From assembly GCA_964188305.1 (NCBI GenBank), contig OZ076886.1: a stretch of 64,000 bases of DNA; one strand, given 5' to 3'. The translations under genes were made by a program, and so were the position numbers. This document shows positions 24,288 to 36,933 of this stretch, in pieces. Positions within the stretch are counted from its first letter, which is position 1. Each line of letters begins with the position of its first letter. This DNA comes from Podarcis bocagei (Eukaryota). The notes beneath the pieces are model-generated. The model saw nothing but the letters and a program-made list of their open reading frames with translations, ran no database searches and was not told the origin of the DNA.

Positions 24288-27200
24288 GAGCCAACCTAAT
24301 AATCATCCACCTAAAACTATGTTACGCCCCTCTTAGAATTTAATGAAAGCAAAAAATAATTAATTAAAAGCAGGCTGAAATGAAAATACTTTAAAGTTGT
24401 TCCTTTAGAATTTTCAAAGATGGAACTATTCATATTTCCCTGAGAAAAAAATTAGGCCAGGTTCATCTAGGATGAGAAAGTTCAGGCAAGGTCCATTTAA
24501 TCCAGCATCAAGTCTCCAACAGGGGTTAACATCAACTCCTCTGTGGGAAGGTTCTCAGTAGAGAGATGGAGGCAGGCAAGGAAGACCCCAGAGCGTGTTG
24601 CACCTGGAGTATCCTCTCTGCCGCCACCCTGGGCCATTCTACCACCCGCTGCCCGATGGGAAACATCCTGATGACATTTTAAAGAGTTATAAGACAGGGG
24701 CGGGGTGTGATTTGGATGATATATCCAAGTCTGTGGTTTTTATATCTCTTTATGTATTCACATGGTATAAACATGCATGTTGTCCAAATACAAACACAGA
24801 GAGAACACATAAGCAAGCAATACTCCAAAGTGCTTCCGTATCCAAAATGGGCAGGAGGTGCTGTTCTCATCTCTTTACCACTTTTAATTGATCTCTGAGA
24901 CGCTTAGTGAATCAAAAGAAGAAAGCAACAAAACTTCCACTTTTCAACTTTGCTTGGAGAGCAGCCTTCTCCGGGATTTCTCTTTCACACACAGTTCCAA
25001 AGAAAGACAGGGAGAAAAGGCAAGGAGGATTGTCTCCTCCTCGCCCCCCCCCTTTTTTCTGCTCCCCCCCCCGCAAGCTGGGATCCTCAGTGGCACCCCC
25101 TAGAGGCTTCACCCATGACTGAGACCTCAGCTAGCACGCACCCCGCTACGGCCCTGGCTTGGGATGCATGTAACAATACGTTGGTGGTGTTAATGCTACT
25201 TGGAAGAAGAGAGATAAATAACTGAAATGCACAAATAATTGGGATGATGTTGCAGAACCGCAGCACCACCACAGAGAAGGCCCTGCCCTTGTGCTCACTT
25301 GGCAAATACCCCAAGATGCCAACAAGATGCCTCTATGAAGTTACAAAGCAAGGTACGTTACGGGGCAACAGCCTTCTCCTGCTATTTTGTTCCCAGCATT
25401 CAGCTCCAATGTTAAATTGTCTCCGCACATGGGAGTTCCACTTAATCTCATGTCTAATAGTAATAGTCAGATCTGCCTGCCATGAATTCAGTTCCAGCTA
25501 AACTTCACTTAATGAGGGCAACAGGAAGGCAGGACCAGGCCACTGAAGTACTTGCTCATGATTTCCACCCCCACCCCACTTCTCAGGAGGTGGCAGAATA
25601 TATATTTCCTTTGAAGTTGCTCATTATGCATTGCCCAAAGCAGTTGTCTGCTTAATTCATCCAGAGACATGGCCTCTTCTCTCTCCAACCTTCCTTTCTT
25701 TTTCTGAGCTTCAGAGGGATGAGGTTCTTTGCCACCTCCAGTTCTCTCTGGGCTGGGATGCTCTCTCCCTGCCCCCCCCCCCAAGCACAGGGTAAAGATT
25801 AGACCTCCAAAAGCTCAAAAAGGGCACTTGTCAGGAAGAATATTTTCTTTGCAGTCAGACAGCATATCGTTATTTACAAAAGACCTAGTTCCTCCTTCCC
25901 TGTGGGCCTTCCCTCCCATGGCTGAAATTTTGTCTTTTTCTAGCATTACTTTCCAAGCAATCAACATCTCAAATCAAGGCCCTACAGGGCTATGGTGCCT
26001 CATGGAAGGCAAATCTGTTCTGTAGAGCTGCGATGTTTTGGAATTTTTTTAATTATTATTTTTACTTTATTTATACCCTGGCCATCTGGCTGGGTTTCCC
26101 CAGGCACTGTGGGGATAAATAAGGGATAAATCTTATTGAAACACGGGTTGTGTAAATGTCTCTTTACTCATGAGGCAAACACCACAATGAACTGACTGAC
26201 AGAATATAGAGGGGGGTCCTTTAGTGTTAAAACGAAGGGACTAAATATCACATTACTTTCAAGTGTCCTCCTGACACCATAGCACCATTCCCATTTGTAT
26301 AGTGCTTCTTGTTAGGATGTTCCAACAGCTTCACTGACATCACCTTGATAATCTTTGCAACAGTCCTGTAAGGACAGTCTGCATCTTTATTCCCATACTG
26401 CAGAATGGGGATGACATGTCCTAAGAGACATGTTGTAAGATCACCCCAAAAGCTCACAGGAATGAGGTCTAATTTCTGCCTCAAAGCTCACTTGCTTCAA
26501 CTGCAATCCTATGCACAGTTACCCCGAGGTAACTCCAACTGAACTCAATGGGACTTACTTCTGAGTATTACACTGCACCTCACAACGCCATTTATGGGAT
26601 ACAAACGAACTAAAGTTTGGTCTCCTTGTCCACCTCTGTTTTTCAAATATTCAATCCAAATGCGGAAGGTTTTTTAAAAAAAATGGTAGGAGGGGGCTGC
26701 TTTGTATTTACAAATTTATTAATGCATCAGTTAATAAAACCATTGTAACTCCATTTATGTGACGATTTGTCGGCGGGTGCCAGCTGTCCTTCCAATTCGA
26801 TACGGTCCGGCTGACTTGTGCAAAGAGGAAGGGGGCTGTCACGATGGAGACCCTTTCCGGGGCGCCCCTACAAACCGATCCATGTGGTGCCCTCGGGATT
26901 CACGCGCCGGCCTCCCCACTCCGGCCCCCTTTGGAAGACGACGAGGTGCTGGCAAGGAAAGCTCTGCTCGCAGCAGCGCCGGTCCAAAACGAAGGCCAAC
27001 TTCAGACCAAGTTCCCTGGAAGTCCTCGCCGCCGGTGCTTATTCGGGACTGACTTGAGCGTGTCCGCCGGGGACGGTGCAGTAAAAGAAAGAAAATCTGT
27101 CCGAAGCGTTTGCCTTATTTCCTCCTAAGGATTAAACTCCAGGAACCAGCCACCCGCGCGTTCCGACCCAACTGTCCGATCCCCAGAGGAGGGATAGGAA

Positions 27201-27593
27201 AACGCCGCGTGAGACAATAGCGCCGGCCGCTTGGCTCCTTCCCTCCGCCAGAAGCAGCTTAGGCCCCGCCTTCCCCGCTCCTCATTGGCTCGCTGGGAAT
27301 TTGGGGAGCCCCTGAGCTGGGCGTGGGGAGGCGGAGCCCGCTGCGCGCGCGTTGCATTGTGTGCGCCAAGGAGCCAAGGCGAGCGGGCAGTGAGGCGCTG
27401 GCGGCGGAGGGAAGCGCGCGCGTGCCCTGCTAGTCGAGGGAGGACGGCGGAGAAGGAGGAGGAGAAGAAGCAGCAGCGCGCGCTCCCGGGGCCCCCCTCG
27501 CCTTGTTGTACTCGGCACAACGCTGGCTCCGCTACGAGCAAAGCAGCGGAGGGGGAGAAGCAGGCGGCAGCCCGAGCCGAGCCAGCCGGCGCC

Positions 27594-27665
27594 ATGGAGG
27601 AGCTGAGCAGCGTGGGAGAGCAGGTCTTCGCCGCCGAGTGCATCCTTAGCAAGCGGCTCCGCAAG
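27594..27665 (+). CDS. CBX2: CBX2 coding exon 1 (chromodomain N-terminus, MEELSSVGEQVFAAECILSKRLRK)
   Basis: Kozak gccATGG; peptide is the CBX2 N-terminus; 72 nt, followed by donor GTGGGC at 27666. Confidence 0.97.
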
Positions 27666-27788
27666 GTGGGCAGGCGGGCGGGCGGGCGAGGGAGCGGGCA
27701 AGCCGGCGGGGAGCAGCAGCAGCCGCCTCCTCAGCGTCGCCTCTGGCTCTAACCCGCGCCTTCTTTTCTTCCTTTCTCTCCTCCTCAG

Positions 27789-27832
27789 GGCAAGCTGGAG
27801 TATTTGGTGAAGTGGAGAGGCTGGTCTTCCAA
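27789..27832 (+). CDS. CBX2: CBX2 coding exon 2 (GKLEYLVKWRGWSS)
   Basis: Pyrimidine tract and CAG acceptor; 44 nt of chromodomain core; donor GTGAGT. Confidence 0.97.
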
Positions 27833-29112
27833 GTGAGTCCGGACAATGAACGCAGCAGCTGAGCGCCAGCCAGCCGTTGAGCTGAAGGGGGTCCAGGGGC
27901 GGGGCTTGAGCGCGGGGAGATGCTGGGCCCAGGCGACCCCTGAGTTTGGGGCGGGGGGGGATAAGGCGGGGAGGGGAGGGGGCGCAAAGAGCGAGAGGGA
28001 GAAACGGGGCTCCGAGGCGCTTGCCCCACACCACCCCCGGGTCGGCGCTTCCAGACGCTTGGAAGTTACTTTAGTTTTTTGTTGTTTTCCCCCTGCAAGG
28101 CTCCTGCTTTCCTACCCCAGAATCGGGGAGGTGAGTGGGAGGGCATCGTTTCCTCCTGCTGGACTTTCTTTTGTTTACCCATAATTGGTGCCTTAGCTTC
28201 TCTCTGTCTCCAGCACCTCCTTGATTTTGTTCACTTCTTCTCTCCCTGTGTTATATGTTAACTCTGCCAAATCAAACCACGGCCAGATGCCATGGGTCGC
28301 CTTCACTACCCCTTTTTGTAGGGGGGGGGCAGGGGGTTGGAATTGGAGGAGAGGATCTGAGGGAGCTGTTAGGATTCCCCAGGCTCCAGCAGAGAAGCTG
28401 CAACTGCTTCCCATGTTGTCTATGGATTCTCTTCTGAAACCTGAGATATCAACTGATGCATGTGGTGTGTTCTCCCTCCCCCCCCCCACCACCTCATAGA
28501 CTGGGGAGAGGGGTTATCAACCTAAGAGGCTACCATCTCTGTTTACTCCTCCTGCCAGCTGCGCCTGCAAACCAGGCTTCCCCCCCACCCCACCCCGTTT
28601 GCTTTCATCCTTTTCTTGCTTGACTTCTCATTTTACTCCCTTAGCACATACATGTGTGTGTGTTCTCAAGTTATTCATAATCCACCTGAGGTTTCCCCTT
28701 TGCCAAGCGAATACTCCTTTTTCTGCTCTCCTCTCCTTTTCATTATGGAAATTGAACCTACCCTGTCATGTGCTGCTAAATTCTCACCCCACTTAACGAC
28801 CCACAGTTTAAAAAAAAATAAAAAATTCCCACCTTCCCAATCAATTATTTTTTCAATTCACTCTAAGAGCATAGCCACGTTCAGTTTTAAATCTGCCAGT
28901 GTGATGGTTGTGTACGGCTAGGGCTGTAGCATTTCTGAGGGTTATTGTAATGAAACGGTACTTCTAGACTCTAGGGTGTGGTATCTTTGATAAAATGGGC
29001 ATGCTTTATCTCAAAAGTTAAAAAATAAAAAACAGTAGACATTTGCCTGTTGTTAACTACTTGTTTTATAAAAAGAAGGTTGTGTTTACTGTGACTGGTT
29101 ACTCTTTTCCAG

Positions 29113-29178
29113 GCATAACAGCTGGGAACCCGAAGAGAATATTCTTGATCCCAGGCTGCTCCTGGCCTTTCAGAAGAA
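29113..29178 (+). CDS. CBX2: CBX2 coding exon 3 ([21 protein letters not shown])
   Basis: cttttccAG acceptor; 66 nt of chromodomain C-terminus; donor GTGAGT; phase matches exon 2. Confidence 0.97.
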
Positions 29179-32100
29179 GTGAGTAAGCCACAAACTGAGA
29201 GGCAGGGAGGGAGGGAAGGAGGGTTCCTCTAGGCTGCCCAGCTGGGATTATGGAAACAGAATACAGAGTAGACCATTGTGTATTCATTGTTCCCCCTAAA
29301 TTGCAGTACTCAAGACAGCCTTTCCTTGGTACCTAAATATAAAGTGTTTTAATGCCCTGGTGTGTTTAGTGGTCTCGGTAGACTCGAAAAGTCACGTCTT
29401 GTTGTGGGAGGGATGTTTGCAAACAAGGCGTAAATCTGTAGCTTGCTTTTCCTGCTTCTGTACTGCATGTATTAGACTACACTGTAGGCTTCATTTGAAA
29501 TTCTCTCTCCCACTTGCTGTGCTGCGTAAACAACACCCATATGTAAGTAGCATGAGAGGGCAGCACCATGCAAAAAAAAGTCCTTAAACTTGATGGCTTG
29601 TAAAGTATTTGTATGTTTCAGCTCCAGTCTGTTGCTAGTGGGACGCATTATATGTCCAAACTCACAGAAGAGAAACTTTGAGAAGCAAAATAGGTTAGCT
29701 TTTGGCAATAGTAGTGCAGTCTCAAATTGCTGGCACTCTCCTTCCAAATGCCTTATAGTAGCCACTTTTTCTGTTTGTTTTATAGGATAGCAAATAATAA
29801 TTAATAATAATTACAGTTAAATTAATCCCAACCTAAAATTAGAAAAGATGTCTGACAAAATACTGGAAACAATTTCTACTGTTAAGAAAATATTGTAACC
29901 CCCTTACAGCTACCTTGCTCAAAAGTCTCCAACTTGCGATGTTCCGTGTTGTTCTTGGGTTTTCAGTTTGTAGTTGTAGAATTAAGAATGCCTAAAAGTT
30001 ACAATAGTCAAATCTAAAGCAGACTGCAAAGAGTTCCTGAAGGAATTCTCCATACGTGAGTGATTGGGTAACAGAACAGAAGGCAAACTTTGTTTATTCA
30101 TTTGGACAGGCTTAAGTCCAAGGTCTTTATATTTGGGCAGACTGTCTTAACCATTGGGGCAAATGGTGAGGAAATTCACTAGGTGAAACCACCAATAGCT
30201 GCTGCATGGTGATTTCTGCCTTAGTCTTTTGTGGTGGGAGTCGGGGACCTAACATAGTATTTGCCCTCCTTCACTCTGTAGTAACAACAAACAGTTTCGA
30301 CTAGCCAACCACCTTGCAAACCACCTTTAGCCACAGAAATATTTGCAGTTCTGTTTGGTAGCTTGAGCAGCTTTCGGAGTACATATGCTGAGTCCCAGCA
30401 GCTGTAGTGGCTCCACATGTGGTTTCACATGCATCCTTAAAAATATATATATCTGTAGCTTGAGGCTAAGCAGCTCTCCTGGTCCCCTATCCTGTTCCAG
30501 CAACACCTGCTGAAATTTCTTTTTTCAGCATAACTGATCAAGGTGCTGGTGCCCATTTCTCTTTTTCACCTGTTCATCCTACCGATGCAAGTAGTATCCA
30601 TGGAGCCTCTCTGGTTGTATTTAGAAAAAATGAGAGGAGTTCTTGTTTCACCCCCAATGCACAACTGGAGAAAGTAACAGAGGCAGGGTGGGTATTAACT
30701 AAAATGATCTGTAGATTTGAGCTATTCTCTTGAAGACTATGCACCCCCATCATTTAATCATCTGAATCAATATTACTAAGATAAGGGCATGATAGAGGTT
30801 TGAATGTCATGAGTAGCACGGAAATAATGAATGTCAAAGATGATTCGTTCTTAAAATGAAAATCATGAAGCTGATAGGCTGCGACTGTGAAAGGGGAGGG
30901 CTTTCATAGAATATGTTGCCTTGTGATGGTCTCTGCCCTGAATAGCTTTTTTTTTTAAAAAAAGTAGGTAGGTTCACAGAAGGTGGGTACTAGCAGTAAA
31001 ATAACTTGAACTTGAATCCTTGTGTTCAGGGACAATGTGCTTTCAACCGTAAGGGTGTTGGTGGTGTGCCTTACTTGTACCTTCCTTGCGGGTATCTGGT
31101 CTCTGTTGAAAGGAATAATCTTGAGCTAAGTACTCTGATTCTCCCCACTTTGGACAATTTTTGTGACCAGAAGATATAATTTGGGGTGGAGAATGTGTGT
31201 GTGGGTGTGTGCTTGCTGGAAACTGAAATGAAGCAGCTAAAGGAAATAATAGTAGTGCATTGGTCACCGAGGGTGCAATCCTGTGCTAGAGTTAACACTG
31301 GTTTAAGGGCCTTTAAGATTTGTCAGAAGCCCTTTCTATACCTCCCAGCACAGCACAGCCATTCTGTCAGCAAAAGGAACAGATGGAGCAGCCGAAATAG
31401 GATGGGGGACAGATTCGATATCTCTTTCATCCATAGGTACACCCCCACTTGCAGAATGACATTACACAAGTGTTAAAGCTGTTGCAGATCATTTCTCCTT
31501 CTGTTGACTTAAATGGGGAATAAAATAAAATAAAAATAGCCATAGGGTATGATGTATATGTTACTACCCAATCACAGCGCACCTCCCCCAGATAATAAAA
31601 ATCCAACACAGGATGAATATAACTTCTCTGGCTCCACGGGCATTGTTCAGAAGAGGCAACTCTTGCAATGGGAAGCTGTGGGGAAAGGGCACTCTGTGCA
31701 TAAATGGAGCACTTTTCACAGAGCAGCCTGGTCACAAAACACACAAGCACGCACAGGAAGTTGAGCACATTGAGTGTCACAGGCTAGAGCAAACAAGCAC
31801 CTGGTCGCAAGCACACAACTCCACTCCCATGGCTGCTTGTACCTGGACAGAAAACCCCACACAGGTAAACAAAGGAAGCAGGAGTATGTGCTGTAATGTG
31901 TAGTTGCTACAACTGTTTCCCATCTCTCTGTCCTGCTGCCCCTTTGCTAGATGTGAATGCCGTGCTGTGTCTTGGCTGAACTATCTTGTTGTCCCCCCAC
32001 TCCCAGAATAGGAAGAAGTGTCTCCTACACAAAGGGGAAGACACTCGCCTTTTAAAATGAAGGCATGCCCTCTGTTGTCAGAGCCCAGGCATCCCACTCC

Positions 32101-33763
32101 AACCATTGCCACCACAGGCCAGGTGCTTGAGTCCTTTCTTATCTTGAGCAGGGAAGGTCACAGCCTGGTTGCAGGAAGCATGGCAAACAGCCACTGTGTG
32201 CACAGTGTTCCGCCACAACTCCTGGTTTGGGGGAAGGAGGTAATATACTCCATCAATGCAGTCTCTCACCTCCCTTCCCCACACCGATCACGTTGAGCAT
32301 GAGCATTGGAAGAGCATCTGGGTGGCACCACTCACTACTGTGCATCCAGTAATAGGAACTATGTGCTGCAAATGCTACCCATTGCTAGTTTTTCTCCGTC
32401 TGCATCTCCCCTCGTACCCTACAAGCTGTTTTCACACAACCACAGGGTCTACCCCACACCCTGTTCCGCATAAGCCAGAAGGGAGGCCCAACTCATGACC
32501 AACAGCAGTGACTAAGCTGCACACAGCTGTTCCTTCGTGGCAGCTTTCCTCAACCTAGTGCCCTCCACACGTGGATGGACTTCCATGTCCCAGACAGACG
32601 GCCCTGCTAGATGAGGCTGATGGGACTTGTAGTCCAGAACATCTGGAGGGCAACTGGTTTAGGAAGACTGCTCTGTAGGGTTGTTAAAATGACTTGCTCT
32701 CGGCAGGTGCACTTCGCCTTGCAAGTTCCATGGCAGCTATGCCAAGATCTTGTGCAAGTTCTCCTCCCTCCGCTTTGTTTATTGTGCTCCAAAACAATGG
32801 TTGTGAGGAGCCTACGGACATGTGCTACAGAGTGAGCCACTGAAGCTGGTGGATTTGGGGGCAAAGTTGCATTGCCTTGCGTTTTCTTGTGTGTGGTGAC
32901 TCAGGATGGTAGTGTCCCTGTTGTGAGTTCATTGCCTCTCTGTGTGTGCAGCATGTAGGCATTGGCACAGTCCCTGATTGCATGGGCTGTGGTGTTTTTT
33001 CCAGGGCTACTCTAGGCATACTTGCCATTTTTCTTGCTGCTTTTTATTGTTTTCTAGGTGTGTGTTTATTCACTCTTTGTCTGGGTACGCATTGGATGTG
33101 TTGACTATTCCATCAGTATAGTAGTAGCTTATCTCTGATCTTTGTTTATTACAACTCTTGTGTTGCTTTGTTGGTGGAATAGAACCAAAAATCCAAATGT
33201 TTGGGGATATATGAAGACCACATATGTGAAATGAAATAACATACACTTGATGTAGTAGATAATACGTGATGTGAGTTGAATACAAACAAATTACTTGCCC
33301 CATAAAGTTTCCACTGCATGGTGGTTCAGCTGTATTAATGTAATATATGGTACATCATCAGGTTCTACCACATTCTCATGTGAATGCAGGGCGGGAGAGC
33401 TTTACAAAATAGCAGGCTTGTCTTGTGTTCTTATAGCAATGCTTCCCCACATTTCCTCTGGTTGGATAGTCATTGGTATTAATATTCAGTTGCTAGTGAT
33501 TTGTGGGGAAATATTTCCCCAGCTATAGAATTTTGTGTGAGTCATCTCTTTTAAAGACACCTTATTTTCCCTGCTGCTTTGTCACCTTCAGTTTTCATGT
33601 TCAGATTTCCATTTCTAGTGTTGCTTGTGTACTACAAAAAAAAGAAATACAGGACATCCAGGTTTAATGCATTTTTAAAAAATACTTCTGCTTTGGCATT
33701 TAAGTATTTTTCTTCAATGAAAAACTAATATCTCTGAAACCATAGTCCTATTTACATGTGTGT

Positions 33764-34116
33764 TAAAGGTAAAGGTACCCCTGACCATTAGGTCCAGTCG
33801 TGGCCGACTCTGGGGTTGCGGCGCTCATCTCGCTTTATTGGCCGAGGGAGCCAGCGTACAGCTTCCGGGTCATGTGGCCAGCATGACTAAGCCGCTTCTG
33901 GCAAACCAGAGCAGCGCACGGAAATGCCTTTACCTTCCCGCCGGAGCGGTACCTATTTATCTACTTGCACTTTTTGGTGTGCTGTCAAACTGCTAGGTTG
34001 GCAGGAGCAGGGACAGAGCAACGGAAGCTCACCCCGTTGCGGGGATTCGAACCGCCGACCTTCTGATCAGCAAATCCTAGGCTCTATGGTTTAACCCACA
34101 GTGCCACCCGCGTACC
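33764..34116 (-). mobile_element. Sauria-type SINE in CBX2 intron 3 (antisense)
   Basis: Reverse complement aligns along its length with 1328-1684; tail reads TAAAGGTAAAGGT on +. Confidence 0.92.
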
Positions 34117-34676
34117 TGTTACATATGTGAGTTGTGCACAAATCATAAACTACTAAAAATTCATGTATACAGAATGCAAATGGATAATATTAAATTGCAT
34201 GTACAATAGACCATCTCAAGGCTTAAAAAGAATCAGTCTAATTTGTAAAACACCAGAATTTTTTCCTAAGAGAGCAACTCCAGAGAGAAGGGAAAAATAC
34301 GTTTTTGATCTCTTTGGAACAGTACCATTAAACTTTTGAGATAACAAAACCAAAATATATCATCTACTTCCGCACACATAGAACCAGGAAAAAGTAGCAA
34401 ATAGCAGTAATGTACAGAGGGATGGGTAGGGCAAATGTCTTTTACTGCTTAGCAACGAAACAGGTCAATAAGCTAGGGATGGCAGAACACCAGCCATGGA
34501 ATACTGTAGAACCAGGCAGGGTCATCTGCATTGTCAAATGCTTGCATTTATTTGAAAAACGGACATACTTTCCTACATTTCTCAGAATGGTAAACCGGTG
34601 GTCTTTATTCACCCACGGAATCTTCTGCGAGAAGAGAGACTTTGAGAACTACACTGTCATTTTGTTGTCTTTTCAG

Positions 34677-34746
34677 GGAGCATGAGAAGGAGGTGCAAAA
34701 TCGGAAGAGGGGCAAACGACCTAGAGGCAGACCCAGGAAGAACGTT
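34677..34746 (+). CDS. CBX2: CBX2 coding exon 4 (EHEKEVQNRKRGKRPRGRPRKNV, AT-hook)
   Basis: ttttcAG acceptor; AT-hook PRGRPRK; 70 nt; donor GTAAGT. Confidence 0.96.
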
Positions 34747-35269
34747 GTAAGTAATGGTGATTTCTGGGAGGTAGCTAAAAATGGATGTTTAGTACAGCAG
34801 ACTGTTGGGGTGGGGATGGGACACATGCTTGCTTGCATAAAGACATACTTCATGTGCCTCTGTTAGGAAGTGTGTCTTGTGCAGTCTGTGGCTTTCTCCC
34901 ACAGCTGGTTGTGTGTGCCCGTCACCTGGAGACAGTTTTTATTCTCCAGGGGCAATCAGGAAACTAAATAATGCCTGTATCCAGAAACATTTCCTTTTTG
35001 AAGCCAGGGAAAGTGGAAATAGTTTTCTGAGTTCTGAAAATTAAATAGTTGTCCAGGTAGCATATTGTTATTATTAGAATCTTACTTAAAAGTTTTATGT
35101 AAGGCTGCATGGTCTTAAGTATCGGCCTGCCACGAGAGAGAATCAGATGCCTTTTTGTAATAACAGGAAGTTACTAGTGTTTTTAAAATGTTTTGTAGTA
35201 GAGTAGATCTCTCTGCTTTGATGGACTTTCCATACAGCAGTCCTTCAAAAGCCTTCACTGACAGTATCA

Positions 35270-35484
35270 CAGTGGTACCTTGGGTTACAGACGCTTCAGG
35301 TTACAGACTCTGCTAACCCAGAAATATTACCTCGGGTTAAGAACTTTGCTTCAGGATGAGAACAGAAATCGCATGGTGGCAGCGGGAGGCCCCATTAGCT
35401 AAAGTGGTGCTTCAGGTTAAGAACAGTTTCAGGTTAAGAACGGACCTCCAGAATGAATTAAGTACGTAACCTGAGGTACCACTG
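35270..35484 (-). mobile_element. Tc1/mariner MITE family A in CBX2 intron 4
   Basis: Same TIRs, opposite orientation; ends 69 bp before the exon 5 acceptor. Confidence 0.92.
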
Positions 35485-35553
35485 TACTGAAGAAGCAGAG
35501 CATATTAATGTCGCTCCTACTCTTTGCATGTGTGTGTTACTTTGTTTTTAAAG

Positions 35554-36933
35554 GAGCCGGAGGTGCCTGCAAAGAGCAAATCCAGCAGCTCTTCTTCCTC
35601 AAGCTCCTCCTCATCTTCCTCCTCCGATGAAGAGGATGAAAGTGACCTTGAGACCAAAAGAGGTCAGCGGAGCAGAGAGAGCCACCCAGTGCCTCAAAAG
35701 AAAGCTCAGATCCTGGTTGCCAAACCTGAGAATAAGGACCCTATTAGGAAGAAGCGTGGGCGGAAGCCTCTGCCTCCGGAGCAGAAGGCAGCGAAGAGGA
35801 CTGTCAACCTGACAAAGGTGCTGAAAACAAACCAAAAGGAGATGGGAGGCGGGGGAGGAGCCCCCAAACTAATGAGCAAGATGCAGCCGCAGCACAACGC
35901 TCAGAGTTCTGGCATTGCCATGCTTAAATCCCACATGAAAGAAGCCCAAGGTGCATTTGCTGGGCTTTGTTCCGGGGCTTCCTCCACCGACAACCTCTCC
36001 AGTATTGTGAAAAGCACCGCGCCTGGGAGCCCAAACTGCGGCATCAGCTGGCAGAGCTCCATCGTACATTATATGAGCAGGATGTCGCAGAACCAGAACT
36101 CAGCAGATGCCTCTGCCGTGGGGAGGCTGACGCTCAAGTCGGCCATGTCCTGCAAGAGTGGCCTGGGGCTCGATTTAAAACTGAAAAACCAGAAAGCCGG
36201 CGGGGATCTGGAGTTGACCGTGCAAGGCTCCAAGGTGACAAAGAGGCCTGGCAGCAGCAGCGCGTTGGGGGAGCAGAAAACAGGGTACGGTCCTGGCGCC
36301 CAGAACTTGCACAATGGCAACAAGCCCCCCGCCGGCTCTGGCAACAACCACCCAGCTTCCAACCAGGAGCTCAACCTCCAAGCTTTAAATCTGCAGAGTG
36401 TGAAAAATGGGATGAATTCCACAGGCAACCTTTCCCGCCATGCTTGTGGGACTGTGGCCAAGGGCACCGGTGGCAGCCTGGCTGTGAGCACAGGTGTGGG
36501 CAAGGGCAGTGCCGGGCCTGGCAGCGGCTCAAACGCCACAAACGCAGGGGCAGCGTTGGCAGGCGCAGACCCTCGCAAAAGCGAGAAGCCGGCACAACGA
36601 GCAGCTGTGGGCGAGAGAGATGCAGCCACGAAAAGCGGCAAGCCCCCGTGTGCCCAGGAGGGGTGCCCCGCAGCAGAGAACCACAAGGCTTCGGCCCTCT
36701 CCGAGATGAGCACCGGAGAAGAGGAGACGAGCTCAGATTCAGACAGAGATTCTTCTTCTTTCCCCGGAGCAGGCCAGAACATGTCTGTCTCCGTCCAGAC
36801 TAGCCAGGACTGGAAGCCCACTCGCAGCCTCATCGAGCACGTCTTCGTCACAGACGTGACAGCTAACCTGATCACAGTGACTGTCAAGGAATCACCAACC
36901 AGTGTTGGCTTTTTTAATCTTAGACATTACTGA
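35554..36933 (+). CDS. CBX2: CBX2 coding exon 5 (poly-Ser/acidic tract, basic region, C-terminal Pc box); spliced protein 543 aa
   Basis: In frame with ORF 35524..36933; SKSKSSSS...DEEDESD, KKRGRKPLPPEQK, SWQSSIVHYM and Pc box DWKPTRSLIEHVFVTDVTANLITVTVKESPTSVGFF; exon total 1632 nt. Confidence 0.97.
   Translation, partial: EPEVPAKSKSSSSSSSSSSSSSSSDEEDESDLETKRGQRSRESHPVPQKKAQILVAKPENKDPIRKKRGRKPLPPEQKAAKRTVNLTKVLKTNQKEMGGGGGAPKLMSKMQPQHNAQSSGIAMLKSHMKEAQGAFAGLCSGASSTDNLSSIVKSTAPGSPNCGISWQSSIVHYMSRMSQNQNSADASAVGRLTLKSAMSCKSGLGLDLKLKNQKAGGDLELTVQGSKVTKRPGSSSALGEQKTGYGPGAQNLHNGNKPPAGSGNNHPASNQELNLQALNLQSVKNGMNSTGNLSRHACGTVAKGTGGSLAVSTGVGKGSAGPGSGSNATNAGAALAGADPRKSEKPAQRAAVGERDAATKSGKPPCAQEGCPAAENHKASALSEMSTGEEETSSDSDRDSSSFPGAGQNMSVSVQTSQDWKPTRSLIEHVFVTDVTANLITVTVKESPTSVGFFNLRHY

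Larger units (their letters stand above)
26760..28070 (+). promoter_or_regulatory. CpG island / promoter of CBX2
   Basis: Abrupt rise in GC and CpG over exons 1-2; GC box GCCCCGCC near 27263; inverted CCAAT (ATTGG) near 27285; boundaries approximate. Confidence 0.85.

Noticed and set aside
27231-27593. 121 open in-frame codons upstream of the CBX2 ATG (possible non-AUG extension)
   Set aside because: Stops are rare in CpG-island DNA, the ATG has an ideal Kozak context, and part of the stretch is probably promoter
35967-36887. 278-aa alternative-frame ORF and 272-aa antisense ORF within CBX2 exon 5
   Set aside because: Non-ATG starts and no recognisable domain; such shadow frames are expected in coding sequence rich in G/C at third positions
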